Virus record (IMG/VR): IMGVR_UViG_3300031997_000620
Span: 19,234 to 83,233 of that record
Source: a virus
Reading direction: 5' to 3' (one strand)
DNA length: 64,000 bases
This document shows, one piece after another, positions 38,240 to 47,458 of this stretch (its first letter is position 1; each line of letters opens with the position of its first letter). Below the pieces are notes generated by a model that was given only the letters and a program-made list of their open reading frames with translations, made no database searches and had not been told where the DNA came from. A program made the translations under genes and the position numbers.

Positions 38240-38268
38240 ATTATCGCCTTTCCTCGTAAAAATAGCAA
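38240..38268 (-). promoter_or_regulatory. Sigma70-like promoter TTGCTA-N17-GATAAT
   Basis: 17-nt spacer TTTTTACGAGGAAAGGC, immediately after the MCP terminator. Confidence 0.7.
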
Positions 38269-38270
38269 GT

Positions 38271-38302
38271 GAAAACCCCCGGAAAGTTGCCTTTCCGGGG
38301 GC
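38271..38302 (-). terminator. Rho-independent terminator of the major capsid gene
   Basis: CCCCCGGAAAG-GCAA-CTTTCCGGGGG-TTTT (GNRA loop). Confidence 0.85.
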
Positions 38303-38329
38303 TTACGTTCGCTAACCTATGCTGTCCGC

Positions 38330-39541
38330 CTAGAAGGTGGGCTGGCTTAGGCCGGTGATCTTCGCAGTCTGGTTGATGTACCGGGCTACGTTTTCGCCGT
38401 AATACTTGAGCAGGGTCGTGAATGCGTCCTGGCCCGGGAGCCATGCCATATTCACGCGCTCGTCAATCGAGAGCGGGCGAACAACGCCGCGCTCGATAGC
38501 GCCGAGGTTTAGGAAGTAAACCACGGCCGGATCGGCTGCCCAGCTTAGGAGCCACGGGCGACCTTCGAAGGTCGTCAGCTCTTGCTGAGCCCCTAGGTCT
38601 AGACGCATGTCATTGAAGCGCCGGAAGCCTAGGGAGATCTCGGTGTAACGATCGAACTGTTCGTAGTTGCTTAGCATTACGAACTGATCGACGTTACCGA
38701 CTGCCGTCTGAACCAAGAGGCGGCGTCTGATGCGGCGGAGTAGAGACTCATCGAGAGCCGTACTGCCCGCTGCAATTACCGAGGACTGAAGAACCGGGAA
38801 ACTGGTTCGGCTTAGGTTATAGATCGTTCCAGTGCTACTCACAATAGCCGGAAGACCTAGTGCAGTTACGTCCGCGGGTGCAGAGACTTCACTCTGCTCC
38901 CCTGCCTTGTAAATGCCGTGTGAGGCGTTTACCGTGATGGCGCTAGAGACCGTAATCGTCGCCCCTGCGATGTCGCGGGCCAGGATTGTCACCGGACCTG
39001 CGGCACGAAGGCCAGTCGTGTTATCTAGGAAAACCACAACTTGCTGTTCACGGAAGGGACGGGCGTCAGTTACCGTAATTACAGTATCCGCAGTTTCCGT
39101 CGCGTTTACGTCCGCGAGCTTACCAGTACCATCGCTGCGAAGGAAAGTAACTTCCATATCGGCACCCGCACGGGTTACCGCCATAGAAATTGCATCCGTT
39201 ACAGCGGACGCGAAGGCATCTTCGCCACCGCGCCGAGAAACGGCCTCCGCTAGACCCGAGAACGTTACTACTCTGTAGTATTTCTTGGGCCGAACGCGGG
39301 CCTGCTTGATGCGCTCATTACCAGACGCCGGAAGAGTATTATCATCCGGAGCCCGCCAGCCACCACCCGACTCATTACCGTCGATACGAACGGGGAAGAA
39401 CGCGCCATCGCCCGAGGGGACGAAGCGGTTATTCTCACGAAGCCGGGAGTAGATGGGAGCAGATAGTTGCTGCATCTGTGCGATAAAATCTACGATATAT
39501 CGCCGGAGCAGCATGTCGCCGAGAGTTGCAAATGTATTCAT
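38330..39541 (-). CDS. Major capsid protein (HK97 fold, with insertion domain)
   Basis: 403 aa, GC-biased high-expression codons, follows scaffold, own terminator; ends AKITGL. Confidence 0.85.
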   Translation of the reverse strand: MNTFATLGDMLLRRYIVDFIAQMQQLSAPIYSRLRENNRFVPSGDGAFFPVRIDGNESGGGWRAPDDNTLPASGNERIKQARVRPKKYYRVVTFSGLAEAVSRRGGEDAFASAVTDAISMAVTRAGADMEVTFLRSDGTGKLADVNATETADTVITVTDARPFREQQVVVFLDNTTGLRAAGPVTILARDIAGATITVSSAITVNASHGIYKAGEQSEVSAPADVTALGLPAIVSSTGTIYNLSRTSFPVLQSSVIAAGSTALDESLLRRIRRRLLVQTAVGNVDQFVMLSNYEQFDRYTEISLGFRRFNDMRLDLGAQQELTTFEGRPWLLSWAADPAVVYFLNLGAIERGVVRPLSIDERVNMAWLPGQDAFTTLLKYYGENVARYINQTAKITGLSQPTF

Positions 39542-39588
39542 GCTCCATTACTCCATTAGTTAGTTGTTAAACTCCCGGCCCTTATCCC

Positions 39589-40548
39589 TTAAGCTTTGAC
39601 TCGTCTTGCAGCTTCGTTTCCGGCGCGTAAAGCATCCGCCATCGCCCGCGCAAAATCATCATCTGATGTTTCCGGCTTGAATGACTTTACCTTACCTGTT
39701 TCGGTCTTTTCAACCGCGTACTTGCCCCAGTCCGTGTTCTGCAATTTTTCCAGTCTCTCTTCGGGAGTAGGTTCCGGGTTTCTTACTTGACCCTTAGCCT
39801 GTAGCTCCTCTTGGAGCCGCTGAGCAACCATTCCTTCGGGCTCGCCATAGATGTCATTTAGAACATATTCAAATGCTTTCGGCAGTTCGACTTCCAGAGT
39901 CTTCTGCCAGTCACCTGATTGTTCAATTGCTTCCCAGTCTACTGCTTCCGCTAGATAGTGCGCAATTCTGCGTCTATCATTATCGGAATACTCGTCAGGA
40001 AGCTGACCTAGTAGCGTCGCTGCGTATGAGTCTGCTTTTGCGACAATCATATCAGCTCTCTGATCCATGATTGCATCCTCAAGCTTTGCCGTTGTGGCCT
40101 TGAGGATCTGTCGCGTTTCGTCCGCGCCTTCTTTCTCAGTCTTCTCGCCTGTTTCCAGATCTTCTTCGATCCCCGCCAGACGCCTATCTAGTTTTTCTAG
40201 AAGGGGTGCCCATTGCGGATCTCCGGAGCGATGAAGTTCGCGGATCTTCTCAATATACCCAGCCGCTTCTTCTTTAGCTTGGATAACTGAAGTAAGATTA
40301 GCAAGTGCTGATGCTCGGTTTTCAAGTTCTAGATTCTTCGCGTCTAGCGCCTCTTCCAGAACGTGGAGCCGATCATTTTGCTCCTTGAATCTTTGGTAAG
40401 GAATCGGACCCGGAGCCTTGTGGGCACCCTTGTCGCCTGTACCTGTCTCAGTTGCCTTCGAGGATTGCTCAGTTTCGCCGTGGGACGTAGTGTCCGGCTC
40501 TGCGTTTAGGGCATCCTCTAGTCCTTCACGCGCAGTATTTTCGTCCAT
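39589..40548 (-). CDS. Capsid scaffolding protein
   Basis: Acidic coiled coil with IPYQRFKEQN motif, directly upstream of MCP. Confidence 0.8.
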   Translation of the reverse strand: MDENTAREGLEDALNAEPDTTSHGETEQSSKATETGTGDKGAHKAPGPIPYQRFKEQNDRLHVLEEALDAKNLELENRASALANLTSVIQAKEEAAGYIEKIRELHRSGDPQWAPLLEKLDRRLAGIEEDLETGEKTEKEGADETRQILKATTAKLEDAIMDQRADMIVAKADSYAATLLGQLPDEYSDNDRRRIAHYLAEAVDWEAIEQSGDWQKTLEVELPKAFEYVLNDIYGEPEGMVAQRLQEELQAKGQVRNPEPTPEERLEKLQNTDWGKYAVEKTETGKVKSFKPETSDDDFARAMADALRAGNEAARRVKA

Positions 40549-40667
40549 ATCGAACCTCCTAATTTTACACCCTTGGAGTTAAACGGGTGAGTTTGTGTGG
40601 CCGGATAATACTTTCTAGGTAGGAACGTTTTACCCAACTGGCTAACCAGGGAGATTATCCTATCGTT

Positions 40668-40683
40668 CCTATTTAATTATCTC
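40668..40683 (-). promoter_or_regulatory. Putative late promoter motif GAGATAATTAAATAGG upstream of scaffold/MCP
   Basis: Identical 16-mer to the copy at 37235. Confidence 0.7.
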
Positions 40684-40725
40684 ACTTAGAATGAAACAAA
40701 ACAAATTCAAGTAAATGTTTATGAC

Positions 40726-40860
40726 AAAAGAAAACCCCCCAGATCGTAACCTGGGGGGGACCGATGAGCTTTCGCCCATCGGCGATGAAGAAAACCCCCG
40801 GGGAGCGTAGGGGGAGGAACTACACTTCTACCCGGGGGTACCCCGCCGCGGCGCGGGGAT
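40726..40860 (-). ncRNA. Four-hairpin structured 3' UTR / candidate sRNA ending in a terminator
   Basis: Hairpins at 40841-40858, 40794-40839 (loop UUCCUCCCC), 40761-40782 (GAAA loop, G.U pair), 40735-40758 plus U-tract. Confidence 0.6.
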
Positions 40861-40866
40861 CAACTG

Positions 40867-41067
40867 CTACGAATGTAGCGTGGCGCGCTGCGCGGCGAGG
40901 AATGCAGCCAAAGCTGCTTCATCTTCCGGCGTGGGGTCTCGTCTTTCAGCTACTACAGCACGGAGCCTTTCAAGAAGGTCTTGAAAAACCGGGTCACTGT
41001 CATTCTTTAGCTTAGCGATGATAATCGCCATAATAGCGTCTAGAGCATATGTAATTAGAATTTCCAT
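40867..41067 (-). CDS. Small protein with hydrophobic N-terminus
   Basis: 66 aa, abuts the lipoprotein gene. Confidence 0.55.
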   Translation of the reverse strand: MEILITYALDAIMAIIIAKLKNDSDPVFQDLLERLRAVVAERRDPTPEDEAALAAFLAAQRATLHS

Positions 41068-41436
41068 TTAATTACCCCCTACCTTAATAAGCCCACGAGA
41101 GATCAACTGGGCACGAAGCTCATTAACAAAAAGGACAAAAAGATCCATCTTTGTTGATGCCTCTGAAACATTTCCAGCTACCAATAGGTCGGTAACATCC
41201 TTTTCTACAGCTTGAACTTTTAGATCTGTATCCTGAAAGATCTTCACTACCTTCGGGTCAGCAGTCGGACTGGCCTTATACTGATTAGCAACTACCAAAA
41301 GGTTTGAATATTCTACACGAGCCTGAAAATACTTGCCCTTAACAGTGGGGGCTACCCCAATGCTACTTGTAGCACAGGCAATTGCAAACATTGCAATAAG
41401 TGCAGCTACACTTGTTCTAGTCTTTTTGTTTAACAT
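41068..41436 (-). CDS. Putative lipoprotein
   Basis: MLNKKTRTSVAALIAMFAIA-C signal/lipobox; AAGGAGG RBS. Confidence 0.65.
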   Translation of the reverse strand: MLNKKTRTSVAALIAMFAIACATSSIGVAPTVKGKYFQARVEYSNLLVVANQYKASPTADPKVVKIFQDTDLKVQAVEKDVTDLLVAGNVSEASTKMDLFVLFVNELRAQLISRGLIKVGGN

Positions 41437-41455
41437 TAGTTCCTCCTTTAAAGGT

Positions 41456-41471
41456 TCTATTAAATTATCTT
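41456..41471 (-). promoter_or_regulatory. Putative late promoter motif AAGATAATTTAATAGA
   Basis: Variant copy overlapping the stop of the GSCFA gene, upstream of the lipoprotein. Confidence 0.5.
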
Positions 41472-42437
41472 ACTTTCTATGTAAGACTGTGAAAATTTGT
41501 CTAAAACTACTTGAACCACTTCTTGACGAATATGCCGATTGTCTTCTTCATATGGAGAGCCGTTCTGCCATTCTTTGATTATTTCATAAGCAGGCCAATA
41601 ATAAACATCTGAATAGTTTATTCGCATAAGTTCATCGACTGCCACTCGCAAGATTGCTTTTGATACTGTATTTGCCGTTACACATGATACAGGTCTAAAC
41701 GTTGCAACTAAAGGTACTGGGGAAAGGGTAAAAATAATCTTTGCAGTAGTGTTATTCGCTTTAATAGTTTGTACGACATGTTGTAAATTTTCTAAGTTCT
41801 CACTAACCGTAGAGACTCGAAACTCGTGAATCTCGGGATTAAACTGCTCCTTGGGGATACCCCTCCAAAATACTTCCTTAGTTACCTTATTAGACCAAAC
41901 CTCAGAAAGTCCGAGAGTGAGAATAAAAACATCTGTCTTATCAAAAATTGCTCTAGTTTCTATTCGGTTGTCTTCTGTAGGTTCAACCCTTTCTGTTTTA
42001 GAATACCACAAAGATTCCTCAAAATTGCAATTGTTCCACGCCCAATCAAATTGCTGCCTAATCGCAAATGTAGTATTGATTCCTTCTCCAAAATGAATAA
42101 TGGGTAATGCTTTTGACTTTACAACAAATCGTTGTGTCTTATCCCTCAAATACTTACGGATATGCTGAGCAAAACAACTTCCAAAAGCCGTAACATAAGA
42201 CGAGGCTGCAATTATCGGTGAAACCGGAGTCCACCCTTTAAGGATATATTTATTTATTGCATCCTCTTCTTTTAAGTTTACGAGGCTAGGAATAAAATTA
42301 CAACTATCACCTCTAAACCAATCCATTCCAAGAATTCTAGACTTGTCCTCTCCTAGTTTATAACTATAAGCAGCGTTGTTATCTAACATGTCTAATTCTT
42401 TTTTACTAAAAGACTTATCCATTATTATGCCTCCCAA
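41460..42437 (-). CDS. GSCFA-domain protein (SGNH-like, glycan modification)
   Basis: FGSCFAQHI, FILTLGLSEVW, IFTLSPVPL.ATF, AN..SKA.LR, Y.PAYEI, D.RH. Confidence 0.9.
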   Translation of the reverse strand: MGGIIMDKSFSKKELDMLDNNAAYSYKLGEDKSRILGMDWFRGDSCNFIPSLVNLKEEDAINKYILKGWTPVSPIIAASSYVTAFGSCFAQHIRKYLRDKTQRFVVKSKALPIIHFGEGINTTFAIRQQFDWAWNNCNFEESLWYSKTERVEPTEDNRIETRAIFDKTDVFILTLGLSEVWSNKVTKEVFWRGIPKEQFNPEIHEFRVSTVSENLENLQHVVQTIKANNTTAKIIFTLSPVPLVATFRPVSCVTANTVSKAILRVAVDELMRINYSDVYYWPAYEIIKEWQNGSPYEEDNRHIRQEVVQVVLDKFSQSYIESKII

Positions 42438-43012
42438 AGATCTTTTCTATTTTTAACTGCCTCTACAACGCTCCCATATTCAAGAACAGTTGCTATTCTC
42501 AATAATTTTAAACCTCTTTGCCACCAGTGATCCATGACGGTTCGGTCCATAGGCAATGTCTTATATCTTCGTGCTTCTGCTAACCACTGACCCGGAGGGA
42601 TGGTTTGTCCGACTCCTTCTACAGTTAGACCAAAACTATATGCTACTTTAGTGAGTTTTTCGCTTTCGGCCCCCCACGGAGTCGCCCAAACTTTAGGAGC
42701 ATAGCCAAGTGTTTTTTCAAACCAGTCTACGGACTTAAAAAGATGTTGAGCAATTTCAGTTTCATTTAGTTTGCCATAATCTATATGAGTCCATCCGTGA
42801 AGTTCAGGAAACATCTTACCTTCTTTAGTTTTTTCAATTATAAGATCTACGGAGGCAGGATAGTCCTGAATATCTTTTACAAGTATAGTTGGAACATGAT
42901 GAATCAAAGGACTTTGTTCGAGCCATCTTACTACTTGGGCAAATTTTTCATCTGGATTATGTCCTTTTGAATGAACAAGAACATCATCAATTCTAATTCT
43001 AAGTTGATTCAT
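42425..43012 (-). CDS. Polysaccharide deacetylase-like protein
   Basis: IRIDDV, ELHGWTH.DY, PW, M.HWW. Confidence 0.75.
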   Translation of the reverse strand: MNQLRIRIDDVLVHSKGHNPDEKFAQVVRWLEQSPLIHHVPTILVKDIQDYPASVDLIIEKTKEGKMFPELHGWTHIDYGKLNETEIAQHLFKSVDWFEKTLGYAPKVWATPWGAESEKLTKVAYSFGLTVEGVGQTIPPGQWLAEARRYKTLPMDRTVMDHWWQRGLKLLRIATVLEYGSVVEAVKNRKDLWEA

Positions 43013-43599
43013 GCCTCGCCCTTTTTAGCTAAAACTTTAATTGTACCGTTTCCTAATTCTATTTTTATAGCTGTATAATTTGTTCTAGTTAGATAAAATC
43101 TCATAATTTTAGGAGTAAAGCAAATTAATCTCTTTTTATTTTTTAGTGGACCCAATTCAGTATCTTGATAAAATTCATCATCAGCATTTCTACAAATTAT
43201 AGCTAATGTTCCTTTAGGTTTTAATATCCTATTCCATTCTCGAAGAGCAATTATCGGAGAAGGAAGACCATCTAGATAGTTAGATACAATATAATCACAC
43301 GTATTATTATCTAAATGAGGTAAGTTTATGGCACTCTCACATACTAAACCTTCAAATGTTCCTAAAACAAATGCTGCATCAACACCATAAGCTCCTCCGA
43401 TCGGAAAGTCTCCACAACAAATATTAAGACCATTACCTTCTCTAGTAAATTGTTCCATCCAATTCCAATCATCAAAAGAAGGGCTTGTAGGAAGATTTTC
43501 AAATTCCTCTTTTAATCTTCGTGCTCTTTTTAAGAATTTATATGTTATTGTATCTATAACAGAGATATAACTAAATTCTTTTTCTAATTTGTCATTCAT
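43009..43599 (-). CDS. Class I SAM-dependent methyltransferase (type 11-like)
   Basis: GLNICCG, D.IVS, ALREW.RILKPKG.L. Confidence 0.8.
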   Translation of the reverse strand: MNDKLEKEFSYISVIDTITYKFLKRARRLKEEFENLPTSPSFDDWNWMEQFTREGNGLNICCGDFPIGGAYGVDAAFVLGTFEGLVCESAINLPHLDNNTCDYIVSNYLDGLPSPIIALREWNRILKPKGTLAIICRNADDEFYQDTELGPLKNKKRLICFTPKIMRFYLTRTNYTAIKIELGNGTIKVLAKKGEA

Positions 43600-44257
43600 A
43601 TGTTTTCTCCCTTTTCCTTATAATAACCAGCCCAGGATGAAATAAGATTGAAAAAATCTCTTTTTGTCTTTGGCTAGCATCCGTTCTACTGTTTACGTTA
43701 CACCACCACATGCCCTTTCTATTGTTAGGGTTTGGATCATGTCTACCGTAAAAGTTTAAATCATCAATAATGTCTTTAGCATATACGATAAAATTATCAG
43801 TAATTTTTGTTCCCGCCCATTTTTCATGATAACTACAATTTACATCTTCAACAATATAATACCCATTTGGCTTAACATGCGGCCATAATGTCTCAAACGT
43901 AAGAATTTGATGAGGCCCTTCATGGGAGCCGTCATCAATTACTAGATCAAAAGGGCCATCTAACTTAGCGCCATCTTTCAACTGCTGCTTATTACTTTGG
44001 TCTACTTGTCGAGGAAACACTCTTTCTATATTTCTAATAGTATTTAAATATTTATTCCTAATATCCCACCCATAAATGTTTGCCTTAGGAAAGTATTCTC
44101 GCCAAACTCGTATAGACGGGCCTTCACACACCCCAACTTCTAATAAATTAATTTCATTTAATCTAAAAGGTTCAAAAAGTACAGAATAAATTTCAACATA
44201 ATTGTGTTCTATTGAACTTTTATCACACTTATATTTTATAGCAAGTTCATCTAACAT
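43592..44257 (-). CDS. Sugar O-methyltransferase-like (class I SAM)
   Basis: DK...HNY..IY, LLEVGV..G.S...W..YFP, VDQS, FDLVIDDGSH, GYYIVED. Confidence 0.85.
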   Translation of the reverse strand: MLDELAIKYKCDKSSIEHNYVEIYSVLFEPFRLNEINLLEVGVCEGPSIRVWREYFPKANIYGWDIRNKYLNTIRNIERVFPRQVDQSNKQQLKDGAKLDGPFDLVIDDGSHEGPHQILTFETLWPHVKPNGYYIVEDVNCSYHEKWAGTKITDNFIVYAKDIIDDLNFYGRHDPNPNNRKGMWWCNVNSRTDASQRQKEIFSILFHPGLVIIRKREKTYE

Positions 44258-45295
44258 TTAAAATACCTCCTCATTATCTGCAACCCAATTTTTAACAATA
44301 CTAAGCCCCTCGTAGATACTAACTTTAGGAGCCCAACCTAAAGCCTTAAGCGGTCTCGTATCGGAGGTGTATGCCTTCTGGTCACATGGCCTCCAATCAT
44401 GATAGCTAACTTCCGGCTTTCTCCCATACATATCAGATAAGATATCAAGGCTTTGGTTAATGGACAGAGTATTCTCAGGCCCTCCTCCGAGATTGAAGAC
44501 ACCATGTTCAACATTAGAATTAAGGTATGTCTCATATGCTCTTACCGCGTCTCCTACATAGAGCATGTCTCGGACCTGCTTGCCATCTCCAAAAACCTTA
44601 AGAGGAAGATTTTTCTGCATTGCAATAACAAACCATGTCGCCCAGCCTTGCTCTTCAAACCCGAACTGGTTAGGCCCATAGATACAGCTCATACGGAATA
44701 CCCCACTCTTTACACCGTAGGTGTGGAAATATTCCTGGCAAAGAAGATCTGCGGAATACTTGCTCCAGCCATATGGGGTGCGTGAAGCAGGAAGAAGCTG
44801 TGCTGTGGGAGGGAAACCGTTGGCGTCCCACCCATAATTCCTGAACTTCCATCGATCGATTGAAGGGTCGAAAACAAATTCAGAATCCTGAATAGGATAA
44901 ACCTTGTTCGTAGAAGCGAAGACTACTTTAGCTCCTGTTCTTCGGGCAAGTTCTAGGACATTGAATGTTCCCATTAGGTTTACTTCAAAGTCGCGGCGCG
45001 GATTTGCAATAGAGGTAGGCACTCCACACTGTCCTGCCATGTGAATGATAGCATCATAGTGATTTAAATATGCAAAAGACTCTTCCTTACTTACATCGTC
45101 TAGATAGACTTTAATGCCCATGTCTGTTAAGATCTTATGGTTAAAGGTCCGGCGCAGCAAGTTAGACGTAGTATGTCCCAGCAGAGCAGATCTCTCTAGA
45201 TTGTCCATGACTTCAACATCACACCCGAGATTGTAAAAGTGTTTTGCCGCGTTGAACCCAATTAACCCACAACCTCCCGTAACAAGAACTTTCAT
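44258..45295 (-). CDS. NAD-dependent epimerase, CDP-paratose 2-epimerase (RfbE)-like
   Basis: VTGGCGLIG, HMAGQ.GV..S..NPR.DF, STNKVY, PYG.SK, RMSCIYG..QFG.EEQGW, GKQVRD.L. Confidence 0.85.
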   Translation of the reverse strand: MKVLVTGGCGLIGFNAAKHFYNLGCDVEVMDNLERSALLGHTTSNLLRRTFNHKILTDMGIKVYLDDVSKEESFAYLNHYDAIIHMAGQCGVPTSIANPRRDFEVNLMGTFNVLELARRTGAKVVFASTNKVYPIQDSEFVFDPSIDRWKFRNYGWDANGFPPTAQLLPASRTPYGWSKYSADLLCQEYFHTYGVKSGVFRMSCIYGPNQFGFEEQGWATWFVIAMQKNLPLKVFGDGKQVRDMLYVGDAVRAYETYLNSNVEHGVFNLGGGPENTLSINQSLDILSDMYGRKPEVSYHDWRPCDQKAYTSDTRPLKALGWAPKVSIYEGLSIVKNWVADNEEVF

Positions 45296-45296
45296 G

Positions 45297-46151
45297 TTAT
45301 ACTCCCTTATCTATATCTTTGAACTCTACATATTGTTTAATATCTTCATAAGTAGTTCTGTCTAATTCCCACAATCTATCCGAACGAGGTGAATCTAAAT
45401 AAGTATTATTTCTAGCTAAATTTGTATTTAGCCCGATTAAGTCTAACCACCATCCTCTATTTGGAGTGTGTATCACATTTATTAATTCAGTGTTATTTTC
45501 AGTTAATCCTAGTTTAGCATGGCATCTATGGAAGGCTGTTTTACAACCTAGACTTGTAGCATTAAAAGGTTCTGAGTATATTACATGACAAGATTTCCAA
45601 TCACTGTACTTAATGTACTCATGTTTAGTTTTCATGTAGCAATATCCATGTCTAAATGAAATCCATTCTTCTTTATTTCTAAATTGATGATATGTTTCTT
45701 CAATAAAATCTCTAGATAAAAGGTCGTCTGTGTCCAACCTAGTTGTAATTAGCCATTTACAATTAGGATAATTCTTTTTTACATATTCAAACACATGCAG
45801 TCTTAAAGGCCCTGCCATTGGGCACTCTGGGCCACCGTCTCCCCAAGGAAAATCCACATGCTGTAATTTGACAAAATCATTTTCCTTTTCTGATGTTTTA
45901 AGATCTTCAATAACTGAACCTATAGCTGGAAATGATGGGTCTATGTATAATAGATAATCAAAATTTTGATTAGTCTGTGCTTGCAAAGAAGGAAGATTAT
46001 AATCTAAATAATAGTGTCTTCTTTCTTCTAAGAACTTAGCCCAATCTTTATCTTTCCAGTTCTCATATAGGTTCACTCTAAAGATATGATTTTTTAAAGC
46101 AAATCTGCTTAAAATTAAATAGACAATTTCAGAGTCTTTATGCAAGATCAA
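45297..46151 (-). CDS. Putative rhamnosyl-transferase-like glycosyltransferase
   Basis: LPSLQAQTNQNF, ITTRLDTDDLL..DFI; paralog of 46138..46932. Confidence 0.75.
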   Translation of the reverse strand: MILHKDSEIVYLILSRFALKNHIFRVNLYENWKDKDWAKFLEERRHYYLDYNLPSLQAQTNQNFDYLLYIDPSFPAIGSVIEDLKTSEKENDFVKLQHVDFPWGDGGPECPMAGPLRLHVFEYVKKNYPNCKWLITTRLDTDDLLSRDFIEETYHQFRNKEEWISFRHGYCYMKTKHEYIKYSDWKSCHVIYSEPFNATSLGCKTAFHRCHAKLGLTENNTELINVIHTPNRGWWLDLIGLNTNLARNNTYLDSPRSDRLWELDRTTYEDIKQYVEFKDIDKGV

Positions 46152-46932
46152 ACTCCTCTTTAATCTTTTCCAAGGAAGTTTTTAATTGGTCGAGTAACTG
46201 AAATCTCTTTGTTCGATAAGCCCATTCTTTTCGTTTTTTTATGTTAGTATTTTCTGCTACTCTATCGGCCCACCATCTTTCACTTGTATCATCTATAATA
46301 GTAAACCGATTGTCTCCCTTGCCCTGATAGCCGAGGACATTGTGCATCCGATGGTACACCGTCTTTAATTGAGGCCCGAACGGCTCACAGTATACTAAAT
46401 GAGCATTATTTATATCATCATCAACAACAAAACTATCTTTACTGAAGTAGTACCCGTTCTTTAATATGATCCAGCCTTCTTTGCCGGCCTTGTTAATGCT
46501 CCAAATCTTCTCCACGTATTTCCTAGCGACAATATCGTCGCCATCTAGTCGGGCCGTTACCAACCATCTACATTTTGGGTACTTTTTTTCAATATATTGA
46601 TGGGTAAAATTAGCAACATTAACATGAAAATTCGCTTGACTAAAAGGAACACCGTCTCCCCATTCAAAGTTTACATATTGCAAATCGAAGCTTCCTGTCT
46701 TTGCTTCTTTTTCTACTTCTTCTTTAACTAAGTTATAATGAGGAAACGTCGGGTCTATTAGAACTACTAACTTAAAATCTTTTGAAGATTGTCCTTTTAT
46801 AGACAATAAGCAATCTTTCTTAAAGAAGTTCCACTTTTCGACTACCCACCCCTTTGTTATTGGAGCATAATGAGTATGCGTCCTATTGTGCAGGAATAAT
46901 CTCATGATTATAAGGAATACATTTTCATCCAT
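46138..46932 (-). CDS. Putative rhamnosyl-transferase-like glycosyltransferase
   Basis: SIKGQSSKDF, VTARLDGDDIV; paralog of 45297..46151. Confidence 0.75.
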   Translation of the reverse strand: MDENVFLIIMRLFLHNRTHTHYAPITKGWVVEKWNFFKKDCLLSIKGQSSKDFKLVVLIDPTFPHYNLVKEEVEKEAKTGSFDLQYVNFEWGDGVPFSQANFHVNVANFTHQYIEKKYPKCRWLVTARLDGDDIVARKYVEKIWSINKAGKEGWIILKNGYYFSKDSFVVDDDINNAHLVYCEPFGPQLKTVYHRMHNVLGYQGKGDNRFTIIDDTSERWWADRVAENTNIKKRKEWAYRTKRFQLLDQLKTSLEKIKEEFDLA

Positions 46933-46957
46933 TATTTTTTACCTCTTCTTATATGGA

Positions 46958-47458
46958 TCACACAACTCCCCATTGTTTGTTAGGATTCCAAGCATCCCAA
47001 ACTATTAAAGGTCTTTTAAGTTTAGCAGAAACTCTTAGAGCTAATTTATAATCTAATCCTCTATTTAAATCATCTACTATTATTGGAACATCTGTATCAA
47101 AAAGACTTAGATATTTATAAAATCCAGATCTTCCTATTCTATCTGGAGGCCCATCAACTATGATACACTTATATCCTTTAGGAATACTAGATATAGCATC
47201 TTTGTCATACCACGAACATTGAGGCTCAAATCCTTTAACTGGTTTATGCTCTGTTATAGGAGCATATACATAGTTAATCCCGTCATACTTATTTAACCAG
47301 TCTAAAGAATGCTCAACAGAGTACATAGTGTACCCGTTATCATGTAAAATTTTTGAACCCTCTCCACTTCCTAGCTCTAAAATTGTACTTCCGGATGGAA
47401 TATTTTCACATATCCATAATACCATCGTATCGCTTATTCTTACAGGATTCGTTTCCAT
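46958..47458 (-). CDS. Class I SAM-dependent methyltransferase
   Basis: ILELGSG.GS, SVEH...W, IIVDGPP...GR, IIVDD..R. Confidence 0.8.
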   Translation of the reverse strand: METNPVRISDTMVLWICENIPSGSTILELGSGEGSKILHDNGYTMYSVEHSLDWLNKYDGINYVYAPITEHKPVKGFEPQCSWYDKDAISSIPKGYKCIIVDGPPDRIGRSGFYKYLSLFDTDVPIIVDDLNRGLDYKLALRVSAKLKRPLIVWDAWNPNKQWGVV

